A program made the position numbers and the translations under genes. Shown one piece after another: positions 49,173 through 58,208 of a stretch of DNA of 64,000 nt. How positions within the stretch are numbered: the first letter of the stretch is position 1; each line of letters begins with the position of its first letter. The stretch spans positions 66,514 through 130,513 of the forward strand of contig CAZSJW010000001.1 of NCBI GenBank assembly GCA_964607285.1, given 5' to 3'. The DNA is from an uncultured Pseudomonadales bacterium (lineage in GTDB: Bacteria; Patescibacteriota; Microgenomatia; UBA1400; PJMF01). The notes beneath the pieces are model-generated. The model was not told the origin of the DNA. It saw only the letters and a program-made list of their open reading frames with translations, and did no database searches.

Positions 49173-49926
49173 ACCAAAACAAACATCCTGGCAGAACGTA
49201 GCGCCATGGTATGAAAAGCTGGTGGGTGAGGATGGCCATTACTACCATCAGCACGTAGTGTTACCTGGGGTATTACGCCTGCTCGATTTACAACCTGAGG
49301 ATTCTTTGGCTGATATTGGCTGTGGGCAGGGTGTGTTGAGCCGGGCCATTCCTAAAATTTCAAAATACATAGGGTTGGATATTGCACCAGTTTTGATTTC
49401 TATTGCGCGGCGTGAAACTAGAAACGCTGCATATACATTCCGGGTAAGCGATGTCACCAAACCGTTGCCAATAACTGATACTACTTTTAGTCATGCGGCA
49501 ATTGTGTTAGCGCTGCAAAACATGTCACGTCCAGATATTGCAATCATAAACACCGCAAAGTATGTGCGCCCTGGTGGAAAGATCGTGATTGTCTTAAATC
49601 ATCCTGCATTTAGAATTCCCCGGCAATCTGGTTGGGGTGTGGAGCCGAACACGAAGCAACAGTACCGATGGGAAAACAGATATATTTCGCCAATCAAAAT
49701 TCCTATTACCATGAATCCCGGGCAACAGGAATCGAAAGTCACATGGTCGTTCCATTTTGCCCTGCAAGATTACGTACGCATGTTGGCTGAGGCTGGGTTT
49801 GTAATTACCAATTTGGAGGAATGGGTGTCTGATAAAACTAGCGAAGGCAAGGCTGCGAGGATGGAGAACAGGGCGCGTAAGGAATTTCCGCTGTTTTTGG
49901 TGTTGGTTGGGGAGCGGCGAGCATGA
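49165..49926 (+). CDS. Class I SAM-dependent methyltransferase
   Basis: Motif I LADIGCGQGVLS. Acidic motif II GLDIAP. Post-I and post-II spacing is typical of the Rossmann MTase fold. Confidence 0.6.
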   Translation: MDKPKQTSWQNVAPWYEKLVGEDGHYYHQHVVLPGVLRLLDLQPEDSLADIGCGQGVLSRAIPKISKYIGLDIAPVLISIARRETRNAAYTFRVSDVTKPLPITDTTFSHAAIVLALQNMSRPDIAIINTAKYVRPGGKIVIVLNHPAFRIPRQSGWGVEPNTKQQYRWENRYISPIKIPITMNPGQQESKVTWSFHFALQDYVRMLAEAGFVITNLEEWVSDKTSEGKAARMENRARKEFPLFLVLVGERRA

Positions 49927-50084
49927 AATTGATTCGCACCGAGCTCAATAATCCGACTCATACCTTCCACACCCGTGACATACTCAAGCTCAATTTCGCC
50001 ATCCATGCCTGCAACCGCCTGCTGAGTAATTGCGAATAGATTCTTGCAAGTGGGGCAGCCTGAACCTAGGACTTGTACTTTCAT
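49770..50084 (-). CDS. Thioredoxin-fold redox-active disulfide protein (MTH895/TM0996-like). The 3' end is uncertain; the ORF probably runs past the real stop.
   Basis: N-terminus MKVQVLGSGCPTCKNLF..EIELEYVTGVEGM matches the small GxGCxxC thioredoxin-like family that is often paired with ArsR. The distal 150 nt overlap the convergent MTase gene and lose similarity. Confidence 0.4.
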   Translation of the reverse strand: MKVQVLGSGCPTCKNLFAITQQAVAGMDGEIELEYVTGVEGMSRIIELGANQFHARRSPTNTKNSGNSLRALFSILAALPSLVLSDTHSSKLVITNPASANMRT

Positions 50085-50407
50085 GTGACCTCCTTGGTGC
50101 TGAGTATTTTGAGTAGTTTGACGACGTATGAGCCTCTTTTGGTGAGGGAGTAGAAGACTTGTCGACCGGATTTTCTGGCTGTTACAAGCTGCAGCTTTTT
50201 GAGTGTGATTAGGTGGTGGGAGACTAGGCTTTGTGATGCTTGGAGATGCTGTATAAGCTCAGACACGCAGTGGAACTCTGAAGTCAGAATACAAAGAATT
50301 TGCAAACGATTCTTGTCAGAAAGTAGCTTGATGAGTGCCAACTGAGAGAGGATTTTGTTGCTTTCGGCGGTCTTGCTGTTGCAGCAGTTATATGAATGCA
50401 TATTCAT
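50081..50407 (-). CDS. ArsR/SmtB-family metalloregulator
   Basis: Winged HTH LSDKNRLQILCILTSEFHCVSELIQHLQASQSLVSHHLITLKKLQLV. N-terminal Cys pair (YNCCNS). The 4-nt overlap with the downstream thioredoxin-like gene suggests an operon. Confidence 0.75.
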   Translation of the reverse strand: MNMHSYNCCNSKTAESNKILSQLALIKLLSDKNRLQILCILTSEFHCVSELIQHLQASQSLVSHHLITLKKLQLVTARKSGRQVFYSLTKRGSYVVKLLKILSTKEVT

Positions 50408-50476
50408 GTATTATGCGCGCATTTTTCCCAAGTCAACAATTTTAATCAGAGCTTTCAGTGATAGAATGAATATTCT

Positions 50477-51967
50477 ATGCATCAAGGTAAAACGTGCGTT
50501 GTGATTGGTGGTGGTATGGCTGGATTAGCTGTGGCTGCTCAATTAGCAAAGGCGGGATATTCGGTAACACTTTTGGAAAAAAATAAAACACTTGGTGGTC
50601 GCGCACGGGTGTTTCAAAGCCATGGGTTTACATTCGATATGGGCCCATCCTGGTACATGATGCCAGAGGTGATTGAGTCTTTTTTTACTTCGCTTGGCAA
50701 ACAGTCAAAGGATTACTACACCCTGAAGGAGCTACAAACAAAGTACAGAGTATTTTCCGACTCGCACCCGCCACTGGATATTGTTTCTGATCTAGAGAAA
50801 AACTACGATTTGTTCGATAAGCTGAGTCCAGGAAGTGCCAAGCATCTGCAACACATTGTATCTATAACGAGCAAAGCCTACACACTTTCGGTACTGTTAC
50901 TTGCAAAGCAGTTTAGCAATGTGTTCAGCTTGTTGTCAGTGGCAACTATGTTTAAGGGTTTGCAACTGCTCGCACTGTTTAATCCATTTCAATCATACGA
51001 GCGATTTATTGCTAAGCGCATCAGCCATCCGCTGCTGCAAAAAATACTGCAGTTCCACACAGTATTTTTGGGAGGATCGCCCAAGAATACTCCGGCGTTG
51101 TATAGTATCCTGATTGCCTCGGACTTTAAAGGTAAAATTTGGTACCCCATGGGTGGCATTGGCAAGTTGGTGAGTGCTCTTGAGTCACTCTGCCGTGAGT
51201 TTGGGGTGGATATTCAGACGAATGCTGAGGTGTGTTCGGTGGAAATAGCTGCAGACTCTCCGAGAATTGCTGCTGTGGTAAACAAAAACAAGCGCTATAC
51301 GCCTGATTTTGTTGTCAACACTGCAGACTATGCCTATTTTGACACGCAATTACTGCCCAAAGAATATGCAGAGTATTCACATAACTATTGGCAAACCAGA
51401 GACTACGCAATTTCAAGTGTGTTGGTGTATCTAGGACTTTCTAAAAAAATTCCCGAGCTACAGCACCACAACTTTTACTTTCAGGAAGATTGGAATGAAC
51501 ACTTCACTACTATTCAAGAATCAAATGAATTTCCCAAAAACCCTTGTTACTATATTTCTGTGCCTTCCGTGACCGACTCGTCTGTAGCACCAAAACACCA
51601 GGAAAACTTGTTTATTTTAGTGCCAGTGAGTGTTCGCACAACACAAGACGGCGTTGCGGAGTATGTGACTACTGTTCTTGATCATATTGAAAAAACTACC
51701 GGTGCAGCTATTCAAGATTCAATTGTATACAAGAAAATATACAGTCAAAAAGATTTTGCGACAGATTATAATGCATATAAGGGAAATGCCCTGGGAATTT
51801 CGCACGCACTGCACCAGTCAGTGTTTTTGCGACCGAGAATGAAAGCAAAGCACCTAGATAATCTGTATTTCTGTGGGCAGTTCACCCAGCCGGGTATTGG
51901 TGTGCCAATGGTGCTACTGTCGGCTCAGTATGCACTGGCGGAGATTCAAGCTACTATAAAACCGTAA
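50477..51967 (+). CDS. crtI: Phytoene desaturase-family FAD oxidoreductase (CrtI/CrtN-like)
   Basis: N-terminal dinucleotide fold KTCVVIGGGMAGLAVAAQLAKAGYSVTLLEKNKTLGGRA. The length is 496 aa. The C-terminal region resembles carotene desaturases. Confidence 0.7.
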   Translation: MHQGKTCVVIGGGMAGLAVAAQLAKAGYSVTLLEKNKTLGGRARVFQSHGFTFDMGPSWYMMPEVIESFFTSLGKQSKDYYTLKELQTKYRVFSDSHPPLDIVSDLEKNYDLFDKLSPGSAKHLQHIVSITSKAYTLSVLLLAKQFSNVFSLLSVATMFKGLQLLALFNPFQSYERFIAKRISHPLLQKILQFHTVFLGGSPKNTPALYSILIASDFKGKIWYPMGGIGKLVSALESLCREFGVDIQTNAEVCSVEIAADSPRIAAVVNKNKRYTPDFVVNTADYAYFDTQLLPKEYAEYSHNYWQTRDYAISSVLVYLGLSKKIPELQHHNFYFQEDWNEHFTTIQESNEFPKNPCYYISVPSVTDSSVAPKHQENLFILVPVSVRTTQDGVAEYVTTVLDHIEKTTGAAIQDSIVYKKIYSQKDFATDYNAYKGNALGISHALHQSVFLRPRMKAKHLDNLYFCGQFTQPGIGVPMVLLSAQYALAEIQATIKP

Positions 51968-52893
51968 TGAAACAAACCAAAAGAGCTATTTTCAAAAATG
52001 GCAGCACTACCTATTTTTATAGCAGTTTATTTTTCCCCAAAGATATTTGGGAGAAAGTAGCAACGCTATATGCGTATGTTCGGACAGCTGACGATTTGGT
52101 GGACGCAGTACCGCAGAAGACCGAGGAGTTTGCTGCATTTATTAGAGAAACTAATGCGATTATCGCAGCGTATGCGTTGGCGCAAAAAAAGACTGGTAGT
52201 TGGAAACAGGGTGGGCGGCTGTATGTGCAGCGTGCGATTTCTGGAGAGTTCACCGAAATTATTCAGTCGTTTGTGGAGTTGCTGTTTGCACATGCAATAC
52301 CAACTGCTTGGGTGGTGTCATTTTTACGTTCAATGACTGAAGATCTCACGCAGCCGGACAACTGGATAATGTATCGCTCAGCCGCACAAACCGAAGCCTA
52401 CATCTATGGAAGTGCCGAGGTAATTGGGTTGATGCTCTGCAAACTGATGCAGTTACCCCCAGAAGCCTACTCTGCAGCAAAACTGCAAGGCGCTGCCATG
52501 CAGCACATCAACTTCATCCGCGACATGCAGGAAGATTGCGAGCTCAAGCGGCAGTATTTTTCACAGGAAGTCCTCAGTACGTTTGCAATTGAATCGCTCT
52601 GCGAAGCAGTGTTGTCCGAGGAAAAGTATGATTCTTTTAGAGCATTTGTTTCGGCAGAAGTGGCGAAGTTTAGAGCACAACAGACTCAGGCAGAAGCTGG
52701 ATATTCGTATATACCCTATCGCTATCGCGTGCCAATTGCGACGGCAGCACAGTTATATAGTTGGACGGCTGATGTGATAGAGAAGAATCCCCGGGTAGTC
52801 TTTGAAAGAAAAGTTAAGCCAAGCAAACTGCAAGTCTTCAAGACAGTTGCAAAAGTTGCGGTAGCAGAGTTATTTAGGAGACAGCATGGGTGA
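51967..52893 (+). CDS. crtB: Phytoene/squalene synthase family head-to-head prenyl synthase (CrtB/CrtM-like)
   Basis: The first Asp-rich motif is YAYVRTADDLVDA. The second is FIRDMQEDCE. The length is about 308 aa. Its start is coupled with the crtI stop (ATGA). Confidence 0.7.
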   Translation: MKQTKRAIFKNGSTTYFYSSLFFPKDIWEKVATLYAYVRTADDLVDAVPQKTEEFAAFIRETNAIIAAYALAQKKTGSWKQGGRLYVQRAISGEFTEIIQSFVELLFAHAIPTAWVVSFLRSMTEDLTQPDNWIMYRSAAQTEAYIYGSAEVIGLMLCKLMQLPPEAYSAAKLQGAAMQHINFIRDMQEDCELKRQYFSQEVLSTFAIESLCEAVLSEEKYDSFRAFVSAEVAKFRAQQTQAEAGYSYIPYRYRVPIATAAQLYSWTADVIEKNPRVVFERKVKPSKLQVFKTVAKVAVAELFRRQHG

Positions 52894-53572
52894 AGTAGCT
52901 CCATTTGCGTACGTGCTGTTCCATGGTGTGATTGTGGGTTCGCTGCTGTTGTCACGCAAACTCTATCCAGCGATGTTGGTGCTGAGTAAAGCAGAGGTAT
53001 TTAGAATCTTGCCGGTCTCTGCTTTTTTTATAGTGTGGGATTTTGTGGTGACTGGTGCTTGGTGGGAGTTTAATCCGGAGTATATTTTGTTTCCATCGCT
53101 TGCTGCTTGGATGCGATTGCCGATCGAGGAAATTTTGTTTTTTCTGGTGGTGCCGTATGCGGTGCTGACTGTGGTGAAAAATGTGCTGGCATTTACTGAG
53201 TATGCAAGGATCGGGGTTTCTGAGCGAGTGTTTATGTTGCTGACTGTGAGTCTGCGGCTTTTGTTGCTAGGTGTAGCGGTGGTGTGTTTTGTCAAAGCCC
53301 AGTGGTACAGTTTTTCGGTGGTGGTATTATTGCAGCTGGTTGAGTACTCCGTGTTGCGGGTGCAGGGGATTGCGCTGGGGTTGGTTTTTACCGTTTTCAC
53401 TACGTTAATTTTTAATATGTATCTAACAGCGCTGCCGGTGGTGGTGTATGGTGAGGGGTTTATGACTGGGTGGAGGGTTGGAACGATTCCGGTGGAGGAT
53501 TTTGGGTATGGGTTGGTGCTGTATTTTTTGTTGGTACGAAAAGGGTTCAGCAAGAGTACACTGCAACATTAA
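52886..53572 (+). CDS. Fused lycopene cyclase domain protein (CrtYcd-type)
   Basis: A 228-aa polytopic membrane protein carrying two copies of the lycopene-cyclase-domain signature (RLPIEEILFFLVVPY and GTIPVEDFGYGLVLYF). It overlaps crtB by 8 nt. Confidence 0.55.
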   Translation: MGEVAPFAYVLFHGVIVGSLLLSRKLYPAMLVLSKAEVFRILPVSAFFIVWDFVVTGAWWEFNPEYILFPSLAAWMRLPIEEILFFLVVPYAVLTVVKNVLAFTEYARIGVSERVFMLLTVSLRLLLLGVAVVCFVKAQWYSFSVVVLLQLVEYSVLRVQGIALGLVFTVFTTLIFNMYLTALPVVVYGEGFMTGWRVGTIPVEDFGYGLVLYFLLVRKGFSKSTLQH

Positions 53573-53632
53573 TTTAACTGCAAAATTTAATTTGCATTTC
53601 GACGTAACTAGGAAAATTTTTTATTTGAATTT

Positions 53633-54142
53633 TCAATCCCAGCCAATATTAACTCGTGTGTCCGGTTTGGGGTTTTGCTCCTCATGATGGCGTAAGAAAT
53701 GCAGTAGTGCAAGTTGCTCGACAGAATCCTGCTCAAAACAAAATGTATCTTTAATAAGATTGGCTTTGTCATTATCAATTGTTTGCACCAATAAATTATG
53801 TCTTGCCCTGTACAATTCTTCTGGCACAGTAGGATTCTGGCGTCCTAATGGAAATAGTCGGTTGCGCAAAAGTACCCACTCATCTCTTTTTGTATCAAAT
53901 GCCTGCATAAAATCTGCCCATCTTTTGGGGTTCTCAATTTCTAAAACATTTTGTAGGTATGTGGCACCTTCATCCCATCCAGTTGTCAGCCTGTTTATTT
54001 CTTCTCTGCTGGGCAAACCGGATGAAAAATCAAGTGCTAGTAATTCTGCATATGCTTTAAGCCTCATAGGATCTATGCGATGAGCATTATGCTGCATATT
54101 GTTCTCGGTAATCTCTGATTCATTAAGTATGGACATATGCAT
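53633..54142 (-). CDS. Hypothetical protein (low-GC islet)
   Basis: 169 aa with no recognisable motifs. Codon usage is AT-rich. Confidence 0.3.
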   Translation of the reverse strand: MHMSILNESEITENNMQHNAHRIDPMRLKAYAELLALDFSSGLPSREEINRLTTGWDEGATYLQNVLEIENPKRWADFMQAFDTKRDEWVLLRNRLFPLGRQNPTVPEELYRARHNLLVQTIDNDKANLIKDTFCFEQDSVEQLALLHFLRHHEEQNPKPDTRVNIGWD

Positions 54143-54211
54143 CCTTCTTATTAAAATTGTACTACTTGTTGGTAGATATACTTATAATATACCAAACAGC
54201 ACAGAATAGCT

Positions 54212-54508
54212 TTACAGCAAAATCATCCGTGTGCCGCGTAGTGATGTAAGATTTCTAAGAAACTCATGTAGTGATTGAAAATTGAGATTACTCTCGCTTT
54301 CTCTGATTCGTTTTACCAGTTCTTCTTCATTTTGTTGCCCATTGTAGATTTTAAAAGCAAGGTATCTACTCTCGAAATAGTTCCGATTGATAAATAAGAA
54401 TAAAGACCTATAATATACATATGAGACAATATGAACAGATGAAGTATAGAGAACAGCTACCAGAAACAACAATAAAAGCATTGAATACATTGGCTGTAAT
54501 GGATGCAC
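54212..54508 (-). CDS. Hypothetical small membrane protein (low-GC islet)
   Basis: 98 aa. It has an N-terminal hydrophobic helix MYSMLLLLFLVAVLYTSSVHIV and a charged C-terminal half. It overlaps the 5' end of the divergent 54421 ORF, so one of the two starts is probably wrong. Confidence 0.25.
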   Translation of the reverse strand: MHPLQPMYSMLLLLFLVAVLYTSSVHIVSYVYYRSLFLFINRNYFESRYLAFKIYNGQQNEEELVKRIRESESNLNFQSLHEFLRNLTSLRGTRMILL

Positions 54509-55554
54509 CTTATGATCCAGAAGCTATAGATTCATTACACCCTGGTTGGTGTACTGGTATTGGACAGTTGTACTTCTTTCTTTTGCATGCTCCTCAGCTT
54601 GCAAAAGACTTGAATTTAGAAGCTTTTTTTGTAGATGAGGATCAACAGACATTCCTGGGAGATACTGAGGTACCTTTCCCCTCCATGCAGAGAACTTTCC
54701 CAATAGTGAAAACTCCAATTTCTCCTGGAAGTTTGCTTAACAGTTTTCTGGATGTGAGTGTCACAGCTCCATATACAATTTCACATAAGAGCGTGACTCC
54801 CGACATTATTACTAATGCTTTTCAACAGCCTGAGGGCAAATGGTTATTGTGTGGGGCAATTGGGCCAAAAAGCATTATAAGCTTACTAGCAGCGTTGAAT
54901 AGGAATGGCTTTTGTGGTCAAGTTGATGTTGTTGACTCAAATCCGTCAGCACTTATTGCATTTGAGGCTGTCAGAGAGTTGATTAAATTGAAATACCCAA
55001 ATATTAGTATCAATTTTATTGAAGGAAATCTGTTGCAATGTTCAATTGATATTGAACCTCATTGCGCCTATTCTGTTGGTGATAATGATGATAATCAGAA
55101 AAAAGTATTTCTCTCAACAAAATATTATGACGGCATAACTGCAGATACTATCGGTACTTACATCGTTGATGACTCAGACCTAATAACACATTTCTCTGTG
55201 ATCTTTGAATCACTAAGAGATGGCGGAGTAGCTTTTGTCCGTGATATGACTGAAGGGCCAGAAAGTATGAAGGTATCTTGTAAACATGTGGATCCCATGA
55301 ATAGGAAGAACGAAAAGGGTGTGTCCTTGCACAACTACATCCAAGCCCTATTGGGTAAAACAGTTCCAGTAGAATACTGCACAGCAGTTGTAGAAAAATT
55401 CTTTTCAGATACTCAGGCAAATCGATGGAGCTATTTAGTTGATCTATGGACAGTTGTTGGACCAGCTCACTTGTCTGCAATGCGGCAATTTGCAGTTCCA
55501 AATGCAACTGTTCAACAACGATACTTTGCTGACTTGCTATTTATTAAGGATTGA
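54421..55554 (+). CDS. Hypothetical protein with a possible Rossmann-like nucleotide/SAM-binding core
   Basis: 377 aa. WLLCGAIGPKSIISLL..GQVDVVDSNPSAL resembles a GxGxxG Rossmann motif followed by an acidic beta2 end. This is an inference only. Confidence 0.35.
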   Translation: MRQYEQMKYREQLPETTIKALNTLAVMDAPYDPEAIDSLHPGWCTGIGQLYFFLLHAPQLAKDLNLEAFFVDEDQQTFLGDTEVPFPSMQRTFPIVKTPISPGSLLNSFLDVSVTAPYTISHKSVTPDIITNAFQQPEGKWLLCGAIGPKSIISLLAALNRNGFCGQVDVVDSNPSALIAFEAVRELIKLKYPNISINFIEGNLLQCSIDIEPHCAYSVGDNDDNQKKVFLSTKYYDGITADTIGTYIVDDSDLITHFSVIFESLRDGGVAFVRDMTEGPESMKVSCKHVDPMNRKNEKGVSLHNYIQALLGKTVPVEYCTAVVEKFFSDTQANRWSYLVDLWTVVGPAHLSAMRQFAVPNATVQQRYFADLLFIKD

Positions 55555-55632
55555 ATTGGTTTTAGAAAATAAATAGACGTAGGGTTCAATGTTACACTTA
55601 GGGTATGAAAAACTCTCGAGGAAAAAACGTTG

Positions 55633-55704
55633 TGACCCCACAGAGAATCGAACTCTGGTTACCAGGATGAGAACCTGGTGTCCTAGCCGCTAGACGATGG
55701 GGCC
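55633..55704 (-). tRNA. tRNA-Glu (anticodon CUC)
   Basis: The reverse complement GGCCCCATCGTCTAGCGGCTAGGACACCAGGTTCTCATCCTGGTAACCAGAGTTCGATTCTCTGTGGGGTCA folds as a cloverleaf. It has a 7-bp acceptor stem, D-arm GTCT/GGAC, anticodon stem CCAGG/CCTGG with loop TTCTCAT, and T-arm CAGAG-TTCGATT-CTCTG. CCA is not encoded. Confidence 0.8.
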
Positions 55705-55789
55705 TTGACTTGACATACACACCGAATGTATATAATACCGCAAGAAACACCCATAGTATACCGCACACAGTGCAAAATGTCAGGCACAT

Positions 55790-56296
55790 ATGAATGCAGA
55801 ACATTTCAAACCATATATAAAGTCATACCACGTGCATGGGCCTGATGAAAGAGAAACTCATGCAGCTCAACACAAAAAACTTGAAGCAATTTACTCTAAG
55901 TTCGCAGGGGAGTGGAATTTTTCATTAGTACAAGTTTTGTACTTCATCCATCAAACATTTGGAGAGAATGCAAATGGTCTCCAAAGAATTCCTTTGCTAG
56001 AGGAAGTGACACAAGTCCGAGTCTGGGCAGCAGTCTACTTTCTTTCACAGCACAAGCAGTGGAGTGAAGTTATGCCTCAAAAAGTGACTTTAGGGAATGG
56101 TGTAGTATCCAAGAAATCATATGAAAAACCAGCAGCAAGAACAATTTCAATCAAAGATGATCCAAAAGCTGAAGACTACTTAGTGCTTTGTGAAGTACTT
56201 CAGGAACTGGATAGACTCTGCTGTTTTACATTACCAACTCAATTTTTCAATCTTCCAGCTAAGCCAAGTACAGATATGGCCAGTTTGGCTCAGTAG
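55790..56296 (+). CDS. Hypothetical protein
   Basis: 168 aa. It has no signal peptide and no recognisable motif. It sits directly downstream of the tRNA. Confidence 0.3.
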   Translation: MNAEHFKPYIKSYHVHGPDERETHAAQHKKLEAIYSKFAGEWNFSLVQVLYFIHQTFGENANGLQRIPLLEEVTQVRVWAAVYFLSQHKQWSEVMPQKVTLGNGVVSKKSYEKPAARTISIKDDPKAEDYLVLCEVLQELDRLCCFTLPTQFFNLPAKPSTDMASLAQ

Positions 56297-56391
56297 TTCT
56301 ACAGTTCTTGTAAGCATCCCTCAGTAGACTCATTTCAGTATTCGGAGGTCAGTTGCACTAAGCACCTGTATCTCATCTAAAAGGAGTTGTC

Positions 56392-56970
56392 ATGGGTAAC
56401 ATACCCTTTTCTCAAAAAGCCAAGTTTGGCATTGCGATCACTGCTGTGTTAGGAACAATGATCGGTATGAGTAGCACTATTGCGTACTTTAGTAGTCGCC
56501 AGACAACGGATGCAAATTCATTTCAAACTGGTACTTTGGAAGTAGATATATCACAAGCAACTCCTTTGAATGTGAGCAATTGGCAGCCTGGGGAGAGTAA
56601 ACAAGTGGAGTTTGTCATTAACAATACAGGCCAGCTACCATTATTTGCAAGAGTCGTGTTAGATGCAAGTTGGTCTGATGATCAGCTAGGAACTGATGTT
56701 ATCGAGCGCACTTCTGTAGATCGCTGGATTGCAGGTAATTGGGTTGCAGTATCTACCCAAGTACAGCCCGCGACTGACCCAATGTTTATTAGCACTGATG
56801 GTACAGAAAATACATTGCTGGCATTGCTTACCAATGGTCAAGAACGATTTCGTATGACTATCCAGCTATCACCCAACGCGGGAGATGAGTACCAAGGTAA
56901 AACTTTGAGCGGCTCTGTAACTGTTACAGCGAAACAAACGAATGACGGCGCAGAGTGGCCAATTGAATGA
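56392..56970 (+). CDS. TasA/camelysin-like secreted protein with a SipW-cognate-type signal peptide
   Basis: N-terminus MGNIPFSQKAKFGIAITAVLGTMIGMSSTIAYFSSRQTTDANSFQTGTLEVDIS matches the AYFSD-x-E/T..N-x-F-x-(A/T)-G-T-L signal/N-terminal pattern of SipW-dependent proteins. Strong RBS aaaaggag upstream. Confidence 0.6.
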   Translation: MGNIPFSQKAKFGIAITAVLGTMIGMSSTIAYFSSRQTTDANSFQTGTLEVDISQATPLNVSNWQPGESKQVEFVINNTGQLPLFARVVLDASWSDDQLGTDVIERTSVDRWIAGNWVAVSTQVQPATDPMFISTDGTENTLLALLTNGQERFRMTIQLSPNAGDEYQGKTLSGSVTVTAKQTNDGAEWPIE

Positions 56971-58169
56971 AAGTAGGTATGCACACGTTATTAGTAATAC
57001 TAGTCGGCTTCCTCACCCTAGTTCAGCCTCGGTCAGCCAGTGGATACTTCACTGCTGGCCAGGCTGCTGCCCAGTTTTCATGGCAACTTGGTCACTGGGT
57101 ATTGGCAGAACCTAAAGTTGCTATACGCACCCCCACTGATACATCAATACTTTTAGAAACCATACGTAACCCACTATTTACTGATCAGCTACATGATTGG
57201 GAGCACACTGGAGCGGTTATAGTAGAGCAGTCCTCACCTTGTGATCAGGAAACTCGGCCCGTAGTACGCATTGGGTCACAGCCTCACGAACAACAAACAC
57301 TCCAGCCAGACAACGAATTGACGCAAGCAATATCTTCAGCAGAATCAATGTGGTTGGCTATCAAATACTGCATTGTATCTTGGGAAACACTTCCTTTATT
57401 TGATGAGCCTTCTCTTACGATCAGACTTGCAGACAACATTGTATGGGAGGATGCACCAGTCATAGATCAGAATAATCAAGTTGAGCCATTTGTAAGTGGT
57501 TGGAGAACTGCAACAGTGCCCATACCTTCAGACCAAGTGTTGCTAGATCTTGAAATCACTGCAGGAAACAGCATTGATCCAACAAATGCGACAGTTGTGT
57601 ACATAGCTTCAGTTTCTACAGCAGGGTGGGTGTTACCAGATGATGTCACAGTGACGGTATCCCCTGCACTTGCAGCTAGAACAGTTACGTTGAAGACAAG
57701 CTCAGTAGAACCCCTTATTAGTAGTGCCAAAGAGCAGATAGTGCTTCCAGATGGTTTCATTCCTACAAGCTTTGGAGTACATCAATTGGTAGTTCTACAA
57801 GAAAGCTTGCTGGGAAGCGAAACGAAACAAGAGTTTTTTTTACTTCGCCTGCCACCACCGATTGAGTCACCAAGTATTTGGTTAGAACCTGATAGCTTTG
57901 CGAATACGCTTACCCTATATTTTACTGCAGCAGCAGATGCTGATCAACATAAATTTGCAAGGTATGCAGTTTGGAAACGTACATCAGATGGGGCGATTAC
58001 CAAGGTTCCTATTCAGGCTCATTCATTTTTGTGGAGCACTCCTAGAATACCGAACAGTCAGGAATATTTGACAGTGGAGTATGATCCAGTAGCAGAATAT
58101 ACACTAGAGCTAGTAGATCAGTTTGGAGTTGGTACTTTTTCTGACTGGCATGCAGTGGAAGTGCAGTAA
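56967..58169 (+). CDS. Secreted hypothetical protein, translationally coupled to the TasA-like gene
   Basis: Signal peptide MKVGMHTLLVILVGFLTLVQPRSASG. 400 aa with no known motifs. ATGA overlap with the upstream gene. Confidence 0.4.
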   Translation: MKVGMHTLLVILVGFLTLVQPRSASGYFTAGQAAAQFSWQLGHWVLAEPKVAIRTPTDTSILLETIRNPLFTDQLHDWEHTGAVIVEQSSPCDQETRPVVRIGSQPHEQQTLQPDNELTQAISSAESMWLAIKYCIVSWETLPLFDEPSLTIRLADNIVWEDAPVIDQNNQVEPFVSGWRTATVPIPSDQVLLDLEITAGNSIDPTNATVVYIASVSTAGWVLPDDVTVTVSPALAARTVTLKTSSVEPLISSAKEQIVLPDGFIPTSFGVHQLVVLQESLLGSETKQEFFLLRLPPPIESPSIWLEPDSFANTLTLYFTAAADADQHKFARYAVWKRTSDGAITKVPIQAHSFLWSTPRIPNSQEYLTVEYDPVAEYTLELVDQFGVGTFSDWHAVEVQ

Positions 58170-58208
58170 CTCTTGCACTTATAACTGAGCACGTCATAAT
58201 GAAACGAC

